NCBI GenBank assembly: GCA_034003985.1
Contig: JAVEXP010000002.1
Span: forward strand, 80,789-144,788
Length of the DNA: 64,000 bases
Direction of reading: 5' to 3'
DNA from: Patescibacteria group bacterium
GTDB taxonomy: Bacteria; Patescibacteriota; Patescibacteriia; Buchananbacterales; UBA6539
Both the position numbers and the translations under genes were made by a program. Positions 17,563 through 28,361 of the stretch are shown piece by piece. The notes under the pieces are model-generated. The model worked only from the letters and a program-made list of their open reading frames with translations. It was not told the origin of the DNA and did not search any database. Numbering within the stretch: the stretch's first letter is position 1; the number at the start of each line of letters is the position of its first letter.

Positions 17563-19263
17563 ATGCTGGAATTCATCAATAAAAATCGGAAAATATTTTT
17601 AGGGCTGATAATACTATTGGCCGTTTTTTTGATATTTTTCAGGCTGGATCGGGCTGATATGCAAACTGATGACGCAATTAATTCCTTTCGGGCGATTGGT
17701 TATCTTGATTTTATGGATGCCAATACTCAGACTACGCCGGTTGATTGGTTTGAAACTATACCTTGGTGGTCAAAACTTTCATTTCATGACGCCCCGCCCT
17801 TGGTTTTTATTTTGCAGTTTTTAACTTTTAAATTGTTTGGTATTTCTACTTTCGCCGCTCGCTTGCCTTTTGCTTTAGCCGGCTTAGGTTCAGTTATTCT
17901 GTTATACTTCGTTATTAAAAAACTTTATAATGCCAACATCGCCTTATTGGGAAGTTTTATTTTGAGTATTCTGACTTATCATATTTGGGCCAGTCGCGTC
18001 GGCTATTTGGAAGCCGTGGCTTTGTTTTTTATTCTTTTGACCATCTATTTGTTTTTGTTGGCTCTAAATAATCCTAAATATTTTATTTTATTTGGTGTTT
18101 CGTTGGGCTTTACCATTCTTACCAAATATACGACTTTTTTCATTATCCCAGTATTTTTTATTTATTTATTTGTTGTTAACAAAAGATTATTGATCAATAA
18201 ATATTTTATCGCGGCCATTTTGCTTGCTGCTCTAATGTTTTCGCCGGTGATTTTTTATAATTTCAAGGTTTTCCAAGCTCGTGGCCATTTTGATTTGCAA
18301 TTTTCTCGCTTACTCCGTCAGGATATTTCCCAAGACTGGCCGAAGTTTAATGATGGTCAAACTGACTATGCTGTAAATTTAATTCGTGTTTGGGATCTGC
18401 GGGAAATGGTGTCTTTACCACTTGTTATTTTATTGGTTGTTTGTTTGATTATGATAATCTACGATTCGGTGCTGTCTTGGCGAAACAAAAAAAATTTTTT
18501 ATTGCTGCTGCTGCTGTTGTTTTTTACTTTGGAATTTTCAATCATTGGAACAGCGGTTCGATTTCTTTCAGTTATTGCTCCGTGGGTGGCAATGATCCTG
18601 GCTTTGGGAATAATATCGGGGTATGACTTATTTATCAAAGGGACTAATTACCAGAATCTCAAAACTTCGGGGTTGATTTTGATTTTAATTTTGATTTTTG
18701 GTTTTGAACTATTTTTTAACATCAACACTAATCTGGTGATTAAACCGTTTGGTGAGAGGGGTAAATACTATTCCGTTAACCGCCTGGCCAACGGCGGGTT
18801 TAACCAATTGGCCGAATATCTTGAAGCCAACACTGACATTGCCAGTTATTCTAAAACCGTCATTAACAGCCGGCGCGATCTGGTGTATTCCGTTTCTTCG
18901 CTGAATGGTAAAGATGTTTATATTTTTGACCCTAATCTGAATTGGTTTTCGGCCAAGTGGTATTTTAGCCGTTGGACTGTTTATCACCATATTCTTTTTA
19001 CTTCGGCGACTGACCTGGTTGCTTCTGGCGTTATTAATGAAGATAATTGGTTTAGTTTTTTTGGCAAGCTTGGCGTTAGAAATTTATATTATCTGAAAGG
19101 TGAAAACGATTTATTGTTTACCAATCACGATTTAGCCAGTCCCGACCAAGTGTCGTCTGCAAATTTGGCAATTTTATTCAGTCGTGCCGGAGCTGATACT
19201 GTGTCGATTACCAATTTGGCGGGGGACCAAGCCTTTGAAGTTTATAAATTAAAATTAAATTAA
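17563..19263 (+). CDS. GT-C membrane glycosyltransferase (ArnT/PMT-like, GT39/83)
   Basis: Early TDD acidic motif, HDAPPL, ARLPFAL, TKYT; many TMs. Confidence 0.85.
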   Translation: MLEFINKNRKIFLGLIILLAVFLIFFRLDRADMQTDDAINSFRAIGYLDFMDANTQTTPVDWFETIPWWSKLSFHDAPPLVFILQFLTFKLFGISTFAARLPFALAGLGSVILLYFVIKKLYNANIALLGSFILSILTYHIWASRVGYLEAVALFFILLTIYLFLLALNNPKYFILFGVSLGFTILTKYTTFFIIPVFFIYLFVVNKRLLINKYFIAAILLAALMFSPVIFYNFKVFQARGHFDLQFSRLLRQDISQDWPKFNDGQTDYAVNLIRVWDLREMVSLPLVILLVVCLIMIIYDSVLSWRNKKNFLLLLLLLFFTLEFSIIGTAVRFLSVIAPWVAMILALGIISGYDLFIKGTNYQNLKTSGLILILILIFGFELFFNINTNLVIKPFGERGKYYSVNRLANGGFNQLAEYLEANTDIASYSKTVINSRRDLVYSVSSLNGKDVYIFDPNLNWFSAKWYFSRWTVYHHILFTSATDLVASGVINEDNWFSFFGKLGVRNLYYLKGENDLLFTNHDLASPDQVSSANLAILFSRAGADTVSITNLAGDQAFEVYKLKLN

Positions 19264-19267
19264 AACT

Positions 19268-19966
19268 ATGAGTAAGAAAAAAATTAATCTTATTATTTCA
19301 ATCGTTGTCTTGCTGTTGGTATTGATTGGTATTGGTTGGTATTTTTCCGCCGACCTGGTTAAGCTGTTGCCACAACAACAGGAGCCGGTTGTTTTATCCG
19401 AATTCAAAGTGGTTCGGACCGACTTGAGCGAAGATCAGATTTCGCAATATCGTCAGGAATTTGATCGTCTGCTTGGTTTACTTGATGAGTCACCGGACGA
19501 TTTTTATGTTTTGTTGCAGCTTGGGCGCGTCAAAAAAGATGTTGGGGACTATCATGGCGCCGAGGCGATTTGGATTAGGGTGGGTGAAATCAGCCCTCAA
19601 AACAGCGTTTCTTTCGGCAACTTGGCCGATTTGTATACTAATTTTATGTTTGATAAAGATAAAGCTCTCGCTGCTTATCGGACCGCTGTTGCCAATTCAG
19701 CTAATGAGCCGATTAACTTGCCGTTTTATCGGAATTTTTATGATTTTTATCGCTACAGCTTGAATGATATGGAAGGTGCCAAGCAAGTTTTATTGGAGGC
19801 GATTGCTAATAACCCTTTGAGCAGCGAACTCCATGTTTTGCTTGCCCAGTTTTATTTAGACAATGATCAGCAAGAGCAGGCTTTGCGAAGTTTTCAGGAG
19901 GCCTTAAAGATTGATCCGGATGATGAACTAATCAAAGCCGAAATCGAAAAGTTGAATAAGCGTTAA
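19268..19966 (+). CDS. Membrane-anchored TPR protein
   Basis: N-terminal TM; TPR-like helices (LAQFYLDNDQQEQALRSFQEALKIDP). Confidence 0.8.
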   Translation: MSKKKINLIISIVVLLLVLIGIGWYFSADLVKLLPQQQEPVVLSEFKVVRTDLSEDQISQYRQEFDRLLGLLDESPDDFYVLLQLGRVKKDVGDYHGAEAIWIRVGEISPQNSVSFGNLADLYTNFMFDKDKALAAYRTAVANSANEPINLPFYRNFYDFYRYSLNDMEGAKQVLLEAIANNPLSSELHVLLAQFYLDNDQQEQALRSFQEALKIDPDDELIKAEIEKLNKR

Positions 19967-19972
19967 TTTTTA

Positions 19973-21622
19973 ATGAAAAAATTTTCTCGCCAATTATTTT
20001 TGCTTTTGGCAATTTTGACTTTGGCCGCCTCGCTTAGGTTTTGGGGTATTACCAAAGCCGATGTTATTACCGATGAAGCCTTAATCGGCTTTCGCAGTAT
20101 TGGCTATCTTGATTTTTTCGTTTCACCTTACCAAACCACTCCCTATGAGTGGTTTTTGGTTGTTCCGGCTTGGGCTAAGCTTTCTTTCCATGATCATCCT
20201 CCCTTGACTTTTATTTTGCAGCATTTGTCTTTCACTGTTTTTGGCCAAAATGTTTTTGCCTTGAGATTGCCGTTTGTTTTGGCCGGAATCGTCAGCGTCT
20301 ATCTTTTGTATTTGGTATCGTGGCAATTGTTTAAGCGCTTTGATTTAGCCTTGGTGGGAGCATTACTTGTCGCCGTTTCTTGTTGTCAGGTTTGGATCAG
20401 TCGGATTGGCTTGCAGGAATCTTTGGTAATTTTATTTTCATTGCTGTCAGTTTGGTTATTCTTAAGATCGCTGGAAGATAATCGTCATTGGCTTTGGGGG
20501 CTTAGTTTGGGTTTGGCGGCATTGATTAAATATACGGCTTTTATTTTATTACCAGTATTTTTTATTTATTTTTTGATTTATCGCCGCTCAGTTTTTCGCC
20601 AGTCTAAATTTTGGTTGACTTTGTTACTAATGCTGGTAATTTTTAGCCCGGTATTGATTTATAACTTCAAGATGTTTCAGGAACGCGGGCACTTTGATTT
20701 GCAGTTTTCTTATTTGTTCAATCAGCCAGTCGAAGAATGGCAGTTTTTGCCTGGCAAAATTCAGGCTGGCAGTCTGGCTGATCGGTTTGGCCATTTAGTC
20801 CCGGCCTTGTTCAGTAATTTGATGTGGCCGTTGTTTATTGTTTGGGCAATGAGTTTAATTTATTTTATTATTCGCGCTCGGCACAATCCTAATGTAATAT
20901 TTTTGTTTTTAATTATAATTTTTGAGCTGCTGTCTTTTCTGATTATCGGTCCCAGCAAGCGTTTTGTGGCGGTAGTCGTGCCTTATATTATTATTTTTGT
21001 CGCCTGGTTTATTTGTCAACAGCCCCGGCTGTTGAAGCGGTCTTTATTGGCCATTCTGGTTAGTTTGGAGCTGATTTTCACTATCAATACCTTGATTTTG
21101 CCTTATCCTGTTGGCGCCGAAAATATTACTTATTCCAACTTAAAAATTGAAAGTTACCAGTGGGGTTACAAACAACTTGATGATTATCTTGATAGCTTAT
21201 TGGCTGATAAGTATCCGGCCGTCAGTTTTGTTCCTCGTTACCAATTTTTGGAAGATATAAAAAATCAGGCGATTGAGTTGGCTGAAAATCAAGGCAAGGA
21301 GTCTTCTCAAACTTTGGTTATTTATGATGCCGATATGTTTGATTTGGCGACTTTATGGCTGTTTCATCGCCGGATGATTTATCAAGGCTGGCCGATTATT
21401 ACGGCCCAAGATTATTTATCTCAATCCAAAGAATTTTGGCAAGAGCAGGGGATTAATGATTTTTATTTTTTCCAACTAATTGATTCGCAGATGCTTCAAC
21501 AGCCAGAAATTGATCGCACTTCTTATTCTCAGGAGCTGGTCGGCCAAATCAGGGACTATTTAACCCGGAAAATAAAACGGCCTGACGGCCGTGAGGTGGT
21601 AGCGGTATATCATTGGCAATAA
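19973..21622 (+). CDS. GT-C membrane glycosyltransferase (ArnT/PMT-like), paralog of 17563-19263
   Basis: TDE, HDHPPL, LRLPFVL, IKYT, RGHFDLQFS shared with the upstream paralog. Confidence 0.85.
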   Translation: MKKFSRQLFLLLAILTLAASLRFWGITKADVITDEALIGFRSIGYLDFFVSPYQTTPYEWFLVVPAWAKLSFHDHPPLTFILQHLSFTVFGQNVFALRLPFVLAGIVSVYLLYLVSWQLFKRFDLALVGALLVAVSCCQVWISRIGLQESLVILFSLLSVWLFLRSLEDNRHWLWGLSLGLAALIKYTAFILLPVFFIYFLIYRRSVFRQSKFWLTLLLMLVIFSPVLIYNFKMFQERGHFDLQFSYLFNQPVEEWQFLPGKIQAGSLADRFGHLVPALFSNLMWPLFIVWAMSLIYFIIRARHNPNVIFLFLIIIFELLSFLIIGPSKRFVAVVVPYIIIFVAWFICQQPRLLKRSLLAILVSLELIFTINTLILPYPVGAENITYSNLKIESYQWGYKQLDDYLDSLLADKYPAVSFVPRYQFLEDIKNQAIELAENQGKESSQTLVIYDADMFDLATLWLFHRRMIYQGWPIITAQDYLSQSKEFWQEQGINDFYFFQLIDSQMLQQPEIDRTSYSQELVGQIRDYLTRKIKRPDGREVVAVYHWQ

Positions 21623-22747
21623 TTACTGCCGGTAGAGTTTTTCGGTTTGGGCAATCATTTTATCAAGACTGAAATCAGTGTCAACATCCTGTTTGGCTTG
21701 CTTGCCTAAGGCCAGGGCCAAATTTTTATTGGTAAGCAAATTAGCAATAGCTATTGCTAAAGCTTCAGGGTCGGCTGGTTTAACCAGCAGGCCGTTTTTT
21801 TTATTTTGAATCATTTCCGGCACGCCGCCAACATTAGTAGTCACGATTGGTAATTTAGCTTTCATTGCTTCTAAAATGGCAAAAGGCAGCCCTTCTTTGA
21901 CCGACGAGCTGACATAGAGGTCAAAGGCTTTAAGATATTGAGAAGCCTTATCGACAACTCCCAAAAGTTTAAAATTATTTTCCAAATTGGCATCGACGAT
22001 TTCTTTTTGCAGCAGCGATTTAAGTTGGCCGTCGCCGATGATGACAAAAATTAAATTAGGATAATCTTTAATTATCGTTTTGGCCGCTTGAATCAAATAT
22101 AATAGTCCTTTGGTGGCATAAAAATTGGCCACTGTCCCGATTATTATCTCGTCTTGTGGCAAATCTAATTTTTTTCTGGCGGTTTCTTGTTCTAATAGAG
22201 GAAAGTCATTGATGCCGTTATGAATGACAATTAATTTTTCTTCGCTGCAAATTTTATTGGTAATTGCGGTTTGGTAATCGAATTGGGAAACACAGATTAG
22301 TTTATTTTTGTATTTGGCCGTAAATTTTTCGGCCCAAAGATATATTAATTTTTTCCAATCAGCCATTGGTTCGTTAAAGACAAAACCATGAACAGTATAG
22401 AATATTTTTTTTACCCCAGCATGCTTGGCCGCCAAGGCACCCAGAACTCCGGCCTTGCTGCTGTTTAAGTGGACGATATCTGGTTTTAACTCTTTAATTA
22501 GCTTTTTTATTTTCCAGTAGGCTCTGAAATCATTAAGTGGACTGATTTCCCTGACCAGATACTGTAATGGTCTGGTTTCAATGTTTTGTTGCTTTAACTT
22601 AGTTAGTAATCCGTCTTTGCCGCCACTGGCAACAATTGTTTTATAACCTTGTCCTGTCAGGCCGGTTGCTAAATAAAAAATATAGCGCTGGGCGCCACCG
22701 AATTCTGATTGGGTAATTAGGTATAAAATTTTGCTTGGTTGAGCCAT
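21623..22747 (-). CDS. Glycosyltransferase family 4
   Basis: GGAQRY, HLNSSKAG, EGLPFAILEAM. Confidence 0.92.
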   Translation of the reverse strand: MAQPSKILYLITQSEFGGAQRYIFYLATGLTGQGYKTIVASGGKDGLLTKLKQQNIETRPLQYLVREISPLNDFRAYWKIKKLIKELKPDIVHLNSSKAGVLGALAAKHAGVKKIFYTVHGFVFNEPMADWKKLIYLWAEKFTAKYKNKLICVSQFDYQTAITNKICSEEKLIVIHNGINDFPLLEQETARKKLDLPQDEIIIGTVANFYATKGLLYLIQAAKTIIKDYPNLIFVIIGDGQLKSLLQKEIVDANLENNFKLLGVVDKASQYLKAFDLYVSSSVKEGLPFAILEAMKAKLPIVTTNVGGVPEMIQNKKNGLLVKPADPEALAIAIANLLTNKNLALALGKQAKQDVDTDFSLDKMIAQTEKLYRQ

Positions 22748-22853
22748 AAATTGGTGGATAAATTGTGGTTTATTTGGCTTGACTGAAAGCCGAATTTATA
22801 TAATAATAATAAAGTATTCTTTGTTAATAATCAAGGTTCAATTTAGCTAAACT

Positions 22854-23807
22854 ATGAAGATTTTAGTGACCGGCGGCGCCGGTTTTATTGGCGCTCATGT
22901 CGCCGGTAAATTAATCGCTCGGGGAGACGAAGTTGTCATTATCGACAACTTTAATTCATACTACGAGCCTCAGCTAAAACGCGGGCGACTGGATAATTTA
23001 GTCGGCCGTCAGGCCAAAGTCTATGAGATTGATTTAGCCGACGAAACTGGCGTTAGCCAGGTTTTTACTGATCATCGGTTTGACCAGATTTGCCACCTCG
23101 GCGCTCAGGCCGGAGTTCGCTATTCGCTTCAACATCCGCAAGAGTATATTAAATCTAATATTGTTGGTACTCATAATATTTTGGAAAACGCCAGACAGCA
23201 CAATGTAACGCAGATCGTTTTTGCTTCGTCTTCTTCAGTGTACGGTGCCAACACCAAAATTCCCTTTAGTGAGACCGATCCGGTTGACCGGCCAATCTCT
23301 CTTTACGCGGCCACTAAGAAGAGCAACGAATTGGAATTTTATGCCTATCATCATTTGTTTGGTATTGATGTCATTGGTTTGCGTTTCTTTACAGTTTATG
23401 GTCCTTGGGGCCGGCCGGATATGGCCTATTTTTCTTTTGCTCGAAAGATTCTGAAAGGTGAGCCAATTGATGTCTATAATAATGGCCAGATGAAGCGTGA
23501 TTTTACCTATATTGATGATATCGTCGCGGGCGTGCTGGCTGCTTTGGATAACTGTCACGGCTACGATATTTTTAATCTCGGCAATAATCAACCAGTAGCT
23601 TTGGAAGATTTTATTGATTTGTTGGAAACCAATTTGGGCTCAAAATCACAACGAAATTATTTGCCCCTGCAGGATGGTGATGTTGTCGAAACTTATGCCG
23701 ATATTACCAAGGCCAAGACTAAATTGAATTGGCAACCAACCACCGATATCGCCGAAGGTATTTCTCGATTTGTTGAGTGGTATAAAAATTATTATCAAAT
23801 ATCTTAA
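22854..23807 (+). CDS. UDP-uronate 4-epimerase (CapI/LpsL-like SDR)
   Basis: GGAGFIG, HLGAQAGVRYS, YAATKK, RFFTVYGPWGRPDMA. Confidence 0.9.
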   Translation: MKILVTGGAGFIGAHVAGKLIARGDEVVIIDNFNSYYEPQLKRGRLDNLVGRQAKVYEIDLADETGVSQVFTDHRFDQICHLGAQAGVRYSLQHPQEYIKSNIVGTHNILENARQHNVTQIVFASSSSVYGANTKIPFSETDPVDRPISLYAATKKSNELEFYAYHHLFGIDVIGLRFFTVYGPWGRPDMAYFSFARKILKGEPIDVYNNGQMKRDFTYIDDIVAGVLAALDNCHGYDIFNLGNNQPVALEDFIDLLETNLGSKSQRNYLPLQDGDVVETYADITKAKTKLNWQPTTDIAEGISRFVEWYKNYYQIS

Positions 23808-23810
23808 ATT

Positions 23811-25064
23811 ATGAAAGAAAAAATTTGTGTGGTTGGACTAGGTTATGTTGGTTTGCCCTTGGCTTGTTTGCTGTCAAAACATTTTTCCGTCAGCGGATTT
23901 GATATCAGCGAGCGTAAAATAAAAGATTTGCAAAATGGCATTGATGAAACGGGGGAGATTGATAATTTAAAAAAATATCAGCTTGAGTATTCGGCCAACC
24001 CATCAATTATTAGCCAAGCCAATTTTATTATTGTTGCCGTGCCAACGCCGATTACCGAAGATCTGAAGCCGGATCTAACGCCGCTGGAAAGCGCTTCGGA
24101 AATTGTTGGTAAGAATTTGCAAGCCGGCTCAGTTGTCGTTTATGAAAGCACGGTTTATCCCGGTTGTACCCGGGAAGTCTGCTTGCCAATTTTGGAACAA
24201 CGATCCGGGCTGAAATTTGGTACGGATTTTCAGCTTGGTTATTCGCCCGAACGGGTTAATCCCGGCGACCGGGTTCATACTATTGAAACCATCACTAAAA
24301 TAATTTCGGCCAGCGATCCCCAGACTTTGGCCAGGCTTAAGGCGGTTTATGGCCAAATTACTCAGGTGCATGAAGCTCAGACTATTGAAGTGGCCGAGGC
24401 CGCCAAGGTGATTGAAAATGTTCAGCGTAGCCTTAATATCGCCTTAATGAATGAACTCTCGTTGATTTTTGACAAGCTGGGCATCAATACCAAAGATGTG
24501 ATTGAGGCCGCTGCCACCAAATGGAATTTTCATAAATATTCACCGGGCTTGGTTGGCGGGCATTGTATCGGCGTTGACCCTTATTATTTGACCTACAAAG
24601 CTCAGCAGGAAGGTTATGAGCCAAAGATTATTTTATCCGGCCAGGAAGTAAATGAATCAATGGCCGGTCTGGTCGCTCAAAAATTTGCCGGCAAAATCAA
24701 TGTCTTGGTGTTGGGCATTACTTTCAAGGAGAATGTGCCGGATTCGCGCAATACCAAGGCACTTAATGTGATGTCGCGGTTGGCCGAGCAGGGAAGTAAA
24801 ATTTATTGGCATGATCCAGTTTTTACCGCCAAGCATCAGCCGCAGGCTTTTTCCGCCTATCCTTATTTGCCGTCCTTAGCCGGATCACCAGTCAAGTTTG
24901 ATGGTATTTTACTTTTCAGTCCCCATCAAATTTTTGGCAGTGCCGATTATGACCTGGCTAAATTGAAAGAAATTTGTAATGACCAGGCGTTAATTTTTGA
25001 TGTGAAGGGATTTTACAATCAGACCGAAGTAGAAAATTTAGGATTTAAATATTTAACTTTGTAA
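23811..25064 (+). CDS. UDP-N-acetylhexosamine 6-dehydrogenase (WbpO/TviB-like)
   Basis: GLGYVGLP, YESTVYPG, YSPERVNPGD, AEAAKVIEN, GGHCIGVDPYYL. Confidence 0.9.
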   Translation: MKEKICVVGLGYVGLPLACLLSKHFSVSGFDISERKIKDLQNGIDETGEIDNLKKYQLEYSANPSIISQANFIIVAVPTPITEDLKPDLTPLESASEIVGKNLQAGSVVVYESTVYPGCTREVCLPILEQRSGLKFGTDFQLGYSPERVNPGDRVHTIETITKIISASDPQTLARLKAVYGQITQVHEAQTIEVAEAAKVIENVQRSLNIALMNELSLIFDKLGINTKDVIEAAATKWNFHKYSPGLVGGHCIGVDPYYLTYKAQQEGYEPKIILSGQEVNESMAGLVAQKFAGKINVLVLGITFKENVPDSRNTKALNVMSRLAEQGSKIYWHDPVFTAKHQPQAFSAYPYLPSLAGSPVKFDGILLFSPHQIFGSADYDLAKLKEICNDQALIFDVKGFYNQTEVENLGFKYLTL

Positions 25065-26182
25065 TGAAAGTCTTAATTGTTTCATTGGCATATTTGCCTT
25101 TTATTGGCGGCGCTGAGTTGGCCGTCAAAGAAATTACCGATCGTTTGCCCGAAATCGACTTTGATATGATTACGGTAAACTTGGATGGGCAACAACCAAA
25201 AAATCAGCAGGTTGGCAATGTTAATATTCACCGGTTGGGCCGAGGAAAGATTTCCAAGTATTTATTTCCCTGGACTGGTTTTAAATTGGCGACCAAACTG
25301 CACCAAGAAAAAAAGTATGATGCTGTTTGGGCGATTATGGCCAATCAGGCTGGATTGGTGGCTTTGCGGTTAAAAAACAAATTTCCCCAAATCAAATATT
25401 TGTTGACTTTGCAAGAAGGGGACTCATTAAAGCGGATCTGGAGCCGGACTTTTTTAATCCGTCCGCTTTACCGTCGAATTTATCGCCGCGCTGACTACAT
25501 CCAATCAATTAGCAGCTATCTATCCAATCGGGCTGTTCAGTACGGTTATCGCGGTAAATCAAGTATCGTGCCTAACGGCGTTGATTTGGAAAAATTTAAG
25601 ACCGATATTGATTCAGCCCAGCTTGATGAATTGAGAACTAAATTGAATCTTACTTCAGCCGATAAAATCGTGGTTACTGCTTCACGCTTGGTTCACAAGA
25701 ATGGTATTGATATTTTGATCAAATCCGCCCGTAATCTGCCACTCAAAATTTTAATTTTAGGCCAAGGTGAGTTGCAGCTTAAACTGGAGGCGTTGGCCCA
25801 GGAATTGGGTGTTAAAAATAAAATTTTATTTTTGGGCCACATCGGTCAGCCTGATTTGCCAAAATATTTGAAAATTGCCGATGTTTTTGTCCGGCCGTCG
25901 CGGTCCGAGGGTTTGGGTTCGGCTTTTCTGGAAGCCATGGCTGCTGGCCTGCCGGTGATTGGCACTAAAGTTGGTGGCATCCCTGATATTATCACCGAAG
26001 GCCAAACCGGTTTATTCTGCGAAGTCGACAATCCCAAAGATTTGGAAAATAAGATCAAATTATTACTGACGGATAATGATTTGCGTTTGCGCTTAATTGA
26101 CAACGGCAAGAAATTGGCAGTCAATAAATATGATTGGCAATTGGTTACCAGTCAAATGAGAGACATTTTTAATTCTTTATGA
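25064..26182 (+). CDS. Glycosyltransferase family 4
   Basis: GGAE; PSRSEGLGSAFLEAMAAG. Confidence 0.92.
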   Translation: MKVLIVSLAYLPFIGGAELAVKEITDRLPEIDFDMITVNLDGQQPKNQQVGNVNIHRLGRGKISKYLFPWTGFKLATKLHQEKKYDAVWAIMANQAGLVALRLKNKFPQIKYLLTLQEGDSLKRIWSRTFLIRPLYRRIYRRADYIQSISSYLSNRAVQYGYRGKSSIVPNGVDLEKFKTDIDSAQLDELRTKLNLTSADKIVVTASRLVHKNGIDILIKSARNLPLKILILGQGELQLKLEALAQELGVKNKILFLGHIGQPDLPKYLKIADVFVRPSRSEGLGSAFLEAMAAGLPVIGTKVGGIPDIITEGQTGLFCEVDNPKDLENKIKLLLTDNDLRLRLIDNGKKLAVNKYDWQLVTSQMRDIFNSL

Positions 26183-27285
26183 AATTAGTTATTGCCGCTG
26201 AAATTTTTCCGCCTGATATCGGCGGTCCGGCTACTTACAGCCAGCGTTTAGCCCAAGCCTTGATTGCTCGTGGCTGGCAGGTTGAATTAATTTGTTATAG
26301 TGATGCCAGACATCAAAACGATGAACCTTATATTCATCGCATAATTAGGAGCAAATTTAAGCCGCTTCATTATTTTAATTATTACCGTCAGCTTAAAACC
26401 CTGGCCAAAGCGGCTGATGTGATTTATGCCATGGGTCCGGTTGGCTCCGGCCAGCCAGCTGGCAAAGTTGCCAAAGAATTAAAAAAGAAATTAGTGATCA
26501 AGGTGGTGGGTGATTATGCCTGGGAAAGCGCCAGAAATTCCGGACAAACCAAGCTTTCAATTGACGATTTCCAAACCAAGGAATTTGCCGGCAAGATCGG
26601 ACTGCTACAAAAAACTGAACGCTTAGTTTGCCAAGCCGCGGATAAGGTGATTACTCCCAGTCAATATTTAAAACATATCGTCAAGGCCTGGGGGGTTGCC
26701 GAAAATAAAATCGAAGTCGTTTATAATTCTTTTGAGATTAATACCGCTGCTTCATCATCAATTGATACTAAAAATTTAATCTCAGCTGGGCGCTTGGTTC
26801 CTTGGAAAGGTTTTGAAACTTTGATTAAGCTGATGCCAGAATTGGATCCAGCTTTTAAATTGACGATTTTTGGACAAGGTCCAGATTATGATAATTTATT
26901 TTCGTTGGTCAATAAATTAAGTTTGGCTGATCGGGTAGAACTGGTCGGTCAAGTTACCAGTCAAGAATTGGTGTCCGAAATGTCAAAAGGAATTTTTATT
27001 TTAAATACTGGTTATGAAGGTTTATCTCATACCGTCTTGGAAGCGATGGCCGCATCCTCGCCAGTGATCACCACCAGAATTGGCGGTAATCCTGAATTAA
27101 TTACCGATGGAGTCAATGGTTTGTTGGTTGAATATAATAACCAAGAGCAATTAAGAGAGGCAATTATTAAACTTGATACTAATCCGGAGTTGGTTAAGCA
27201 GTTTGTGGCTGAGTCAAAAAATATTCTGGAAAAATTTAGCGAACAAAAAATGATTGAAGAGACTATTAGAGTTTTGCAATCATGA
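26179..27285 (+). CDS. Glycosyltransferase family 4
   Basis: FPPDIGGPATY; YEGLSHTVLEAM. Confidence 0.92.
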   Translation: MKLVIAAEIFPPDIGGPATYSQRLAQALIARGWQVELICYSDARHQNDEPYIHRIIRSKFKPLHYFNYYRQLKTLAKAADVIYAMGPVGSGQPAGKVAKELKKKLVIKVVGDYAWESARNSGQTKLSIDDFQTKEFAGKIGLLQKTERLVCQAADKVITPSQYLKHIVKAWGVAENKIEVVYNSFEINTAASSSIDTKNLISAGRLVPWKGFETLIKLMPELDPAFKLTIFGQGPDYDNLFSLVNKLSLADRVELVGQVTSQELVSEMSKGIFILNTGYEGLSHTVLEAMAASSPVITTRIGGNPELITDGVNGLLVEYNNQEQLREAIIKLDTNPELVKQFVAESKNILEKFSEQKMIEETIRVLQS

Positions 27286-28361
27286 AAGTTTTAATGATTT
27301 CAATTGACAGGGGATTACTTGGCCAAAATCAGTTGGGCGATGTTATCCAACGCCACGCGGAATATGGCAAACATATTGACCAGCTGGATGTGGTTGTTTT
27401 TTCTCAAGATGGTTTTTCAAAATTTCCTATTTCATCGAATGTTACGGCTTATCCCACTAACTCCAAATCAAAATGGCGTTATTTTTTTGATGCCAAAAAA
27501 CTTGGCACCAAATTATTCCAGAATAATCGTTATGACTTGGTAACTAGTCAGGATCCGTTTGTGACCGGCATGGTTGCTTGCCGCCTTAAGAAGAAATTTA
27601 AATCTAAATTTTTAGTCCATTTTCACGGCGATTTTTGGGGGAATATTAATTGGCTGAAAGAGTCAAAATTTAATTGGTCGCTTTGGTTAGTTTCCCGCCG
27701 AGTGGTTTCTCAAGCTGACGCCATCCGGGTAATGAGCGAAGGCCAAAAATCAAAATTGGGAAAACACCAGGTTAAGGCTAAAATTATCTCTACTCCGGTT
27801 GATTTAGCCAAATATCAAATTTCAACCTCTCGGATTTCAAGCCGAAAAATGGTTTTGCATGTTGGCCGTTATGACAAAGCCAAAGATTTTTCCACTTTAG
27901 CTAAAGCTTTTAAGTTAGTTAGGGATAAAATATCTAATGCGGATTTTGTCCAATGTGGTGCCGGTCCTCAAGTGAAAGAATATTTTAGCAGTTTGCCGTT
28001 AGTTGCTTATCCCAAGATTAGCCAATCTGCTTTGATTGATTTTTATCATCAATCTTTGGTGGTAGTCTTATCTTCTACTTCTGAAAGTTTTGGTAAAGTG
28101 TTGGTGGAAGCAAATGCTTGTGGTAAGCCGGTAGTCGCCACGGCCACGACCGGTGCCAAAGAAATTGTTCAAGATGGCTACAATGGTTATTTGGTGCCTA
28201 TTGGTGATGCCGAAAAACTGGCCGAAAAAATTATTGAATTATTAAATGATCCGGTCAAAGCCAAAGAGTTGGGAGAGAACGGCAGAAAATTAGTTCAAGA
28301 AAAATTTGGTGACAATACTAACAAGATTATTAATTTTTGGAGGGAAATAGTTAATGGTTAA
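27282..28361 (+). CDS. Glycosyltransferase family 4
   Basis: ESFGKVLVEANACGKPVV. Confidence 0.92.
   Translation: MKVLMISIDRGLLGQNQLGDVIQRHAEYGKHIDQLDVVVFSQDGFSKFPISSNVTAYPTNSKSKWRYFFDAKKLGTKLFQNNRYDLVTSQDPFVTGMVACRLKKKFKSKFLVHFHGDFWGNINWLKESKFNWSLWLVSRRVVSQADAIRVMSEGQKSKLGKHQVKAKIISTPVDLAKYQISTSRISSRKMVLHVGRYDKAKDFSTLAKAFKLVRDKISNADFVQCGAGPQVKEYFSSLPLVAYPKISQSALIDFYHQSLVVVLSSTSESFGKVLVEANACGKPVVATATTGAKEIVQDGYNGYLVPIGDAEKLAEKIIELLNDPVKAKELGENGRKLVQEKFGDNTNKIINFWREIVNG

Noticed and set aside
18486-18526. A/T homopolymers and a CTG run as a phase-variation tract
   Set aside because: Tracts are short, in frame and encode a Leu-rich TM segment; ordinary for AT-rich membrane genes.
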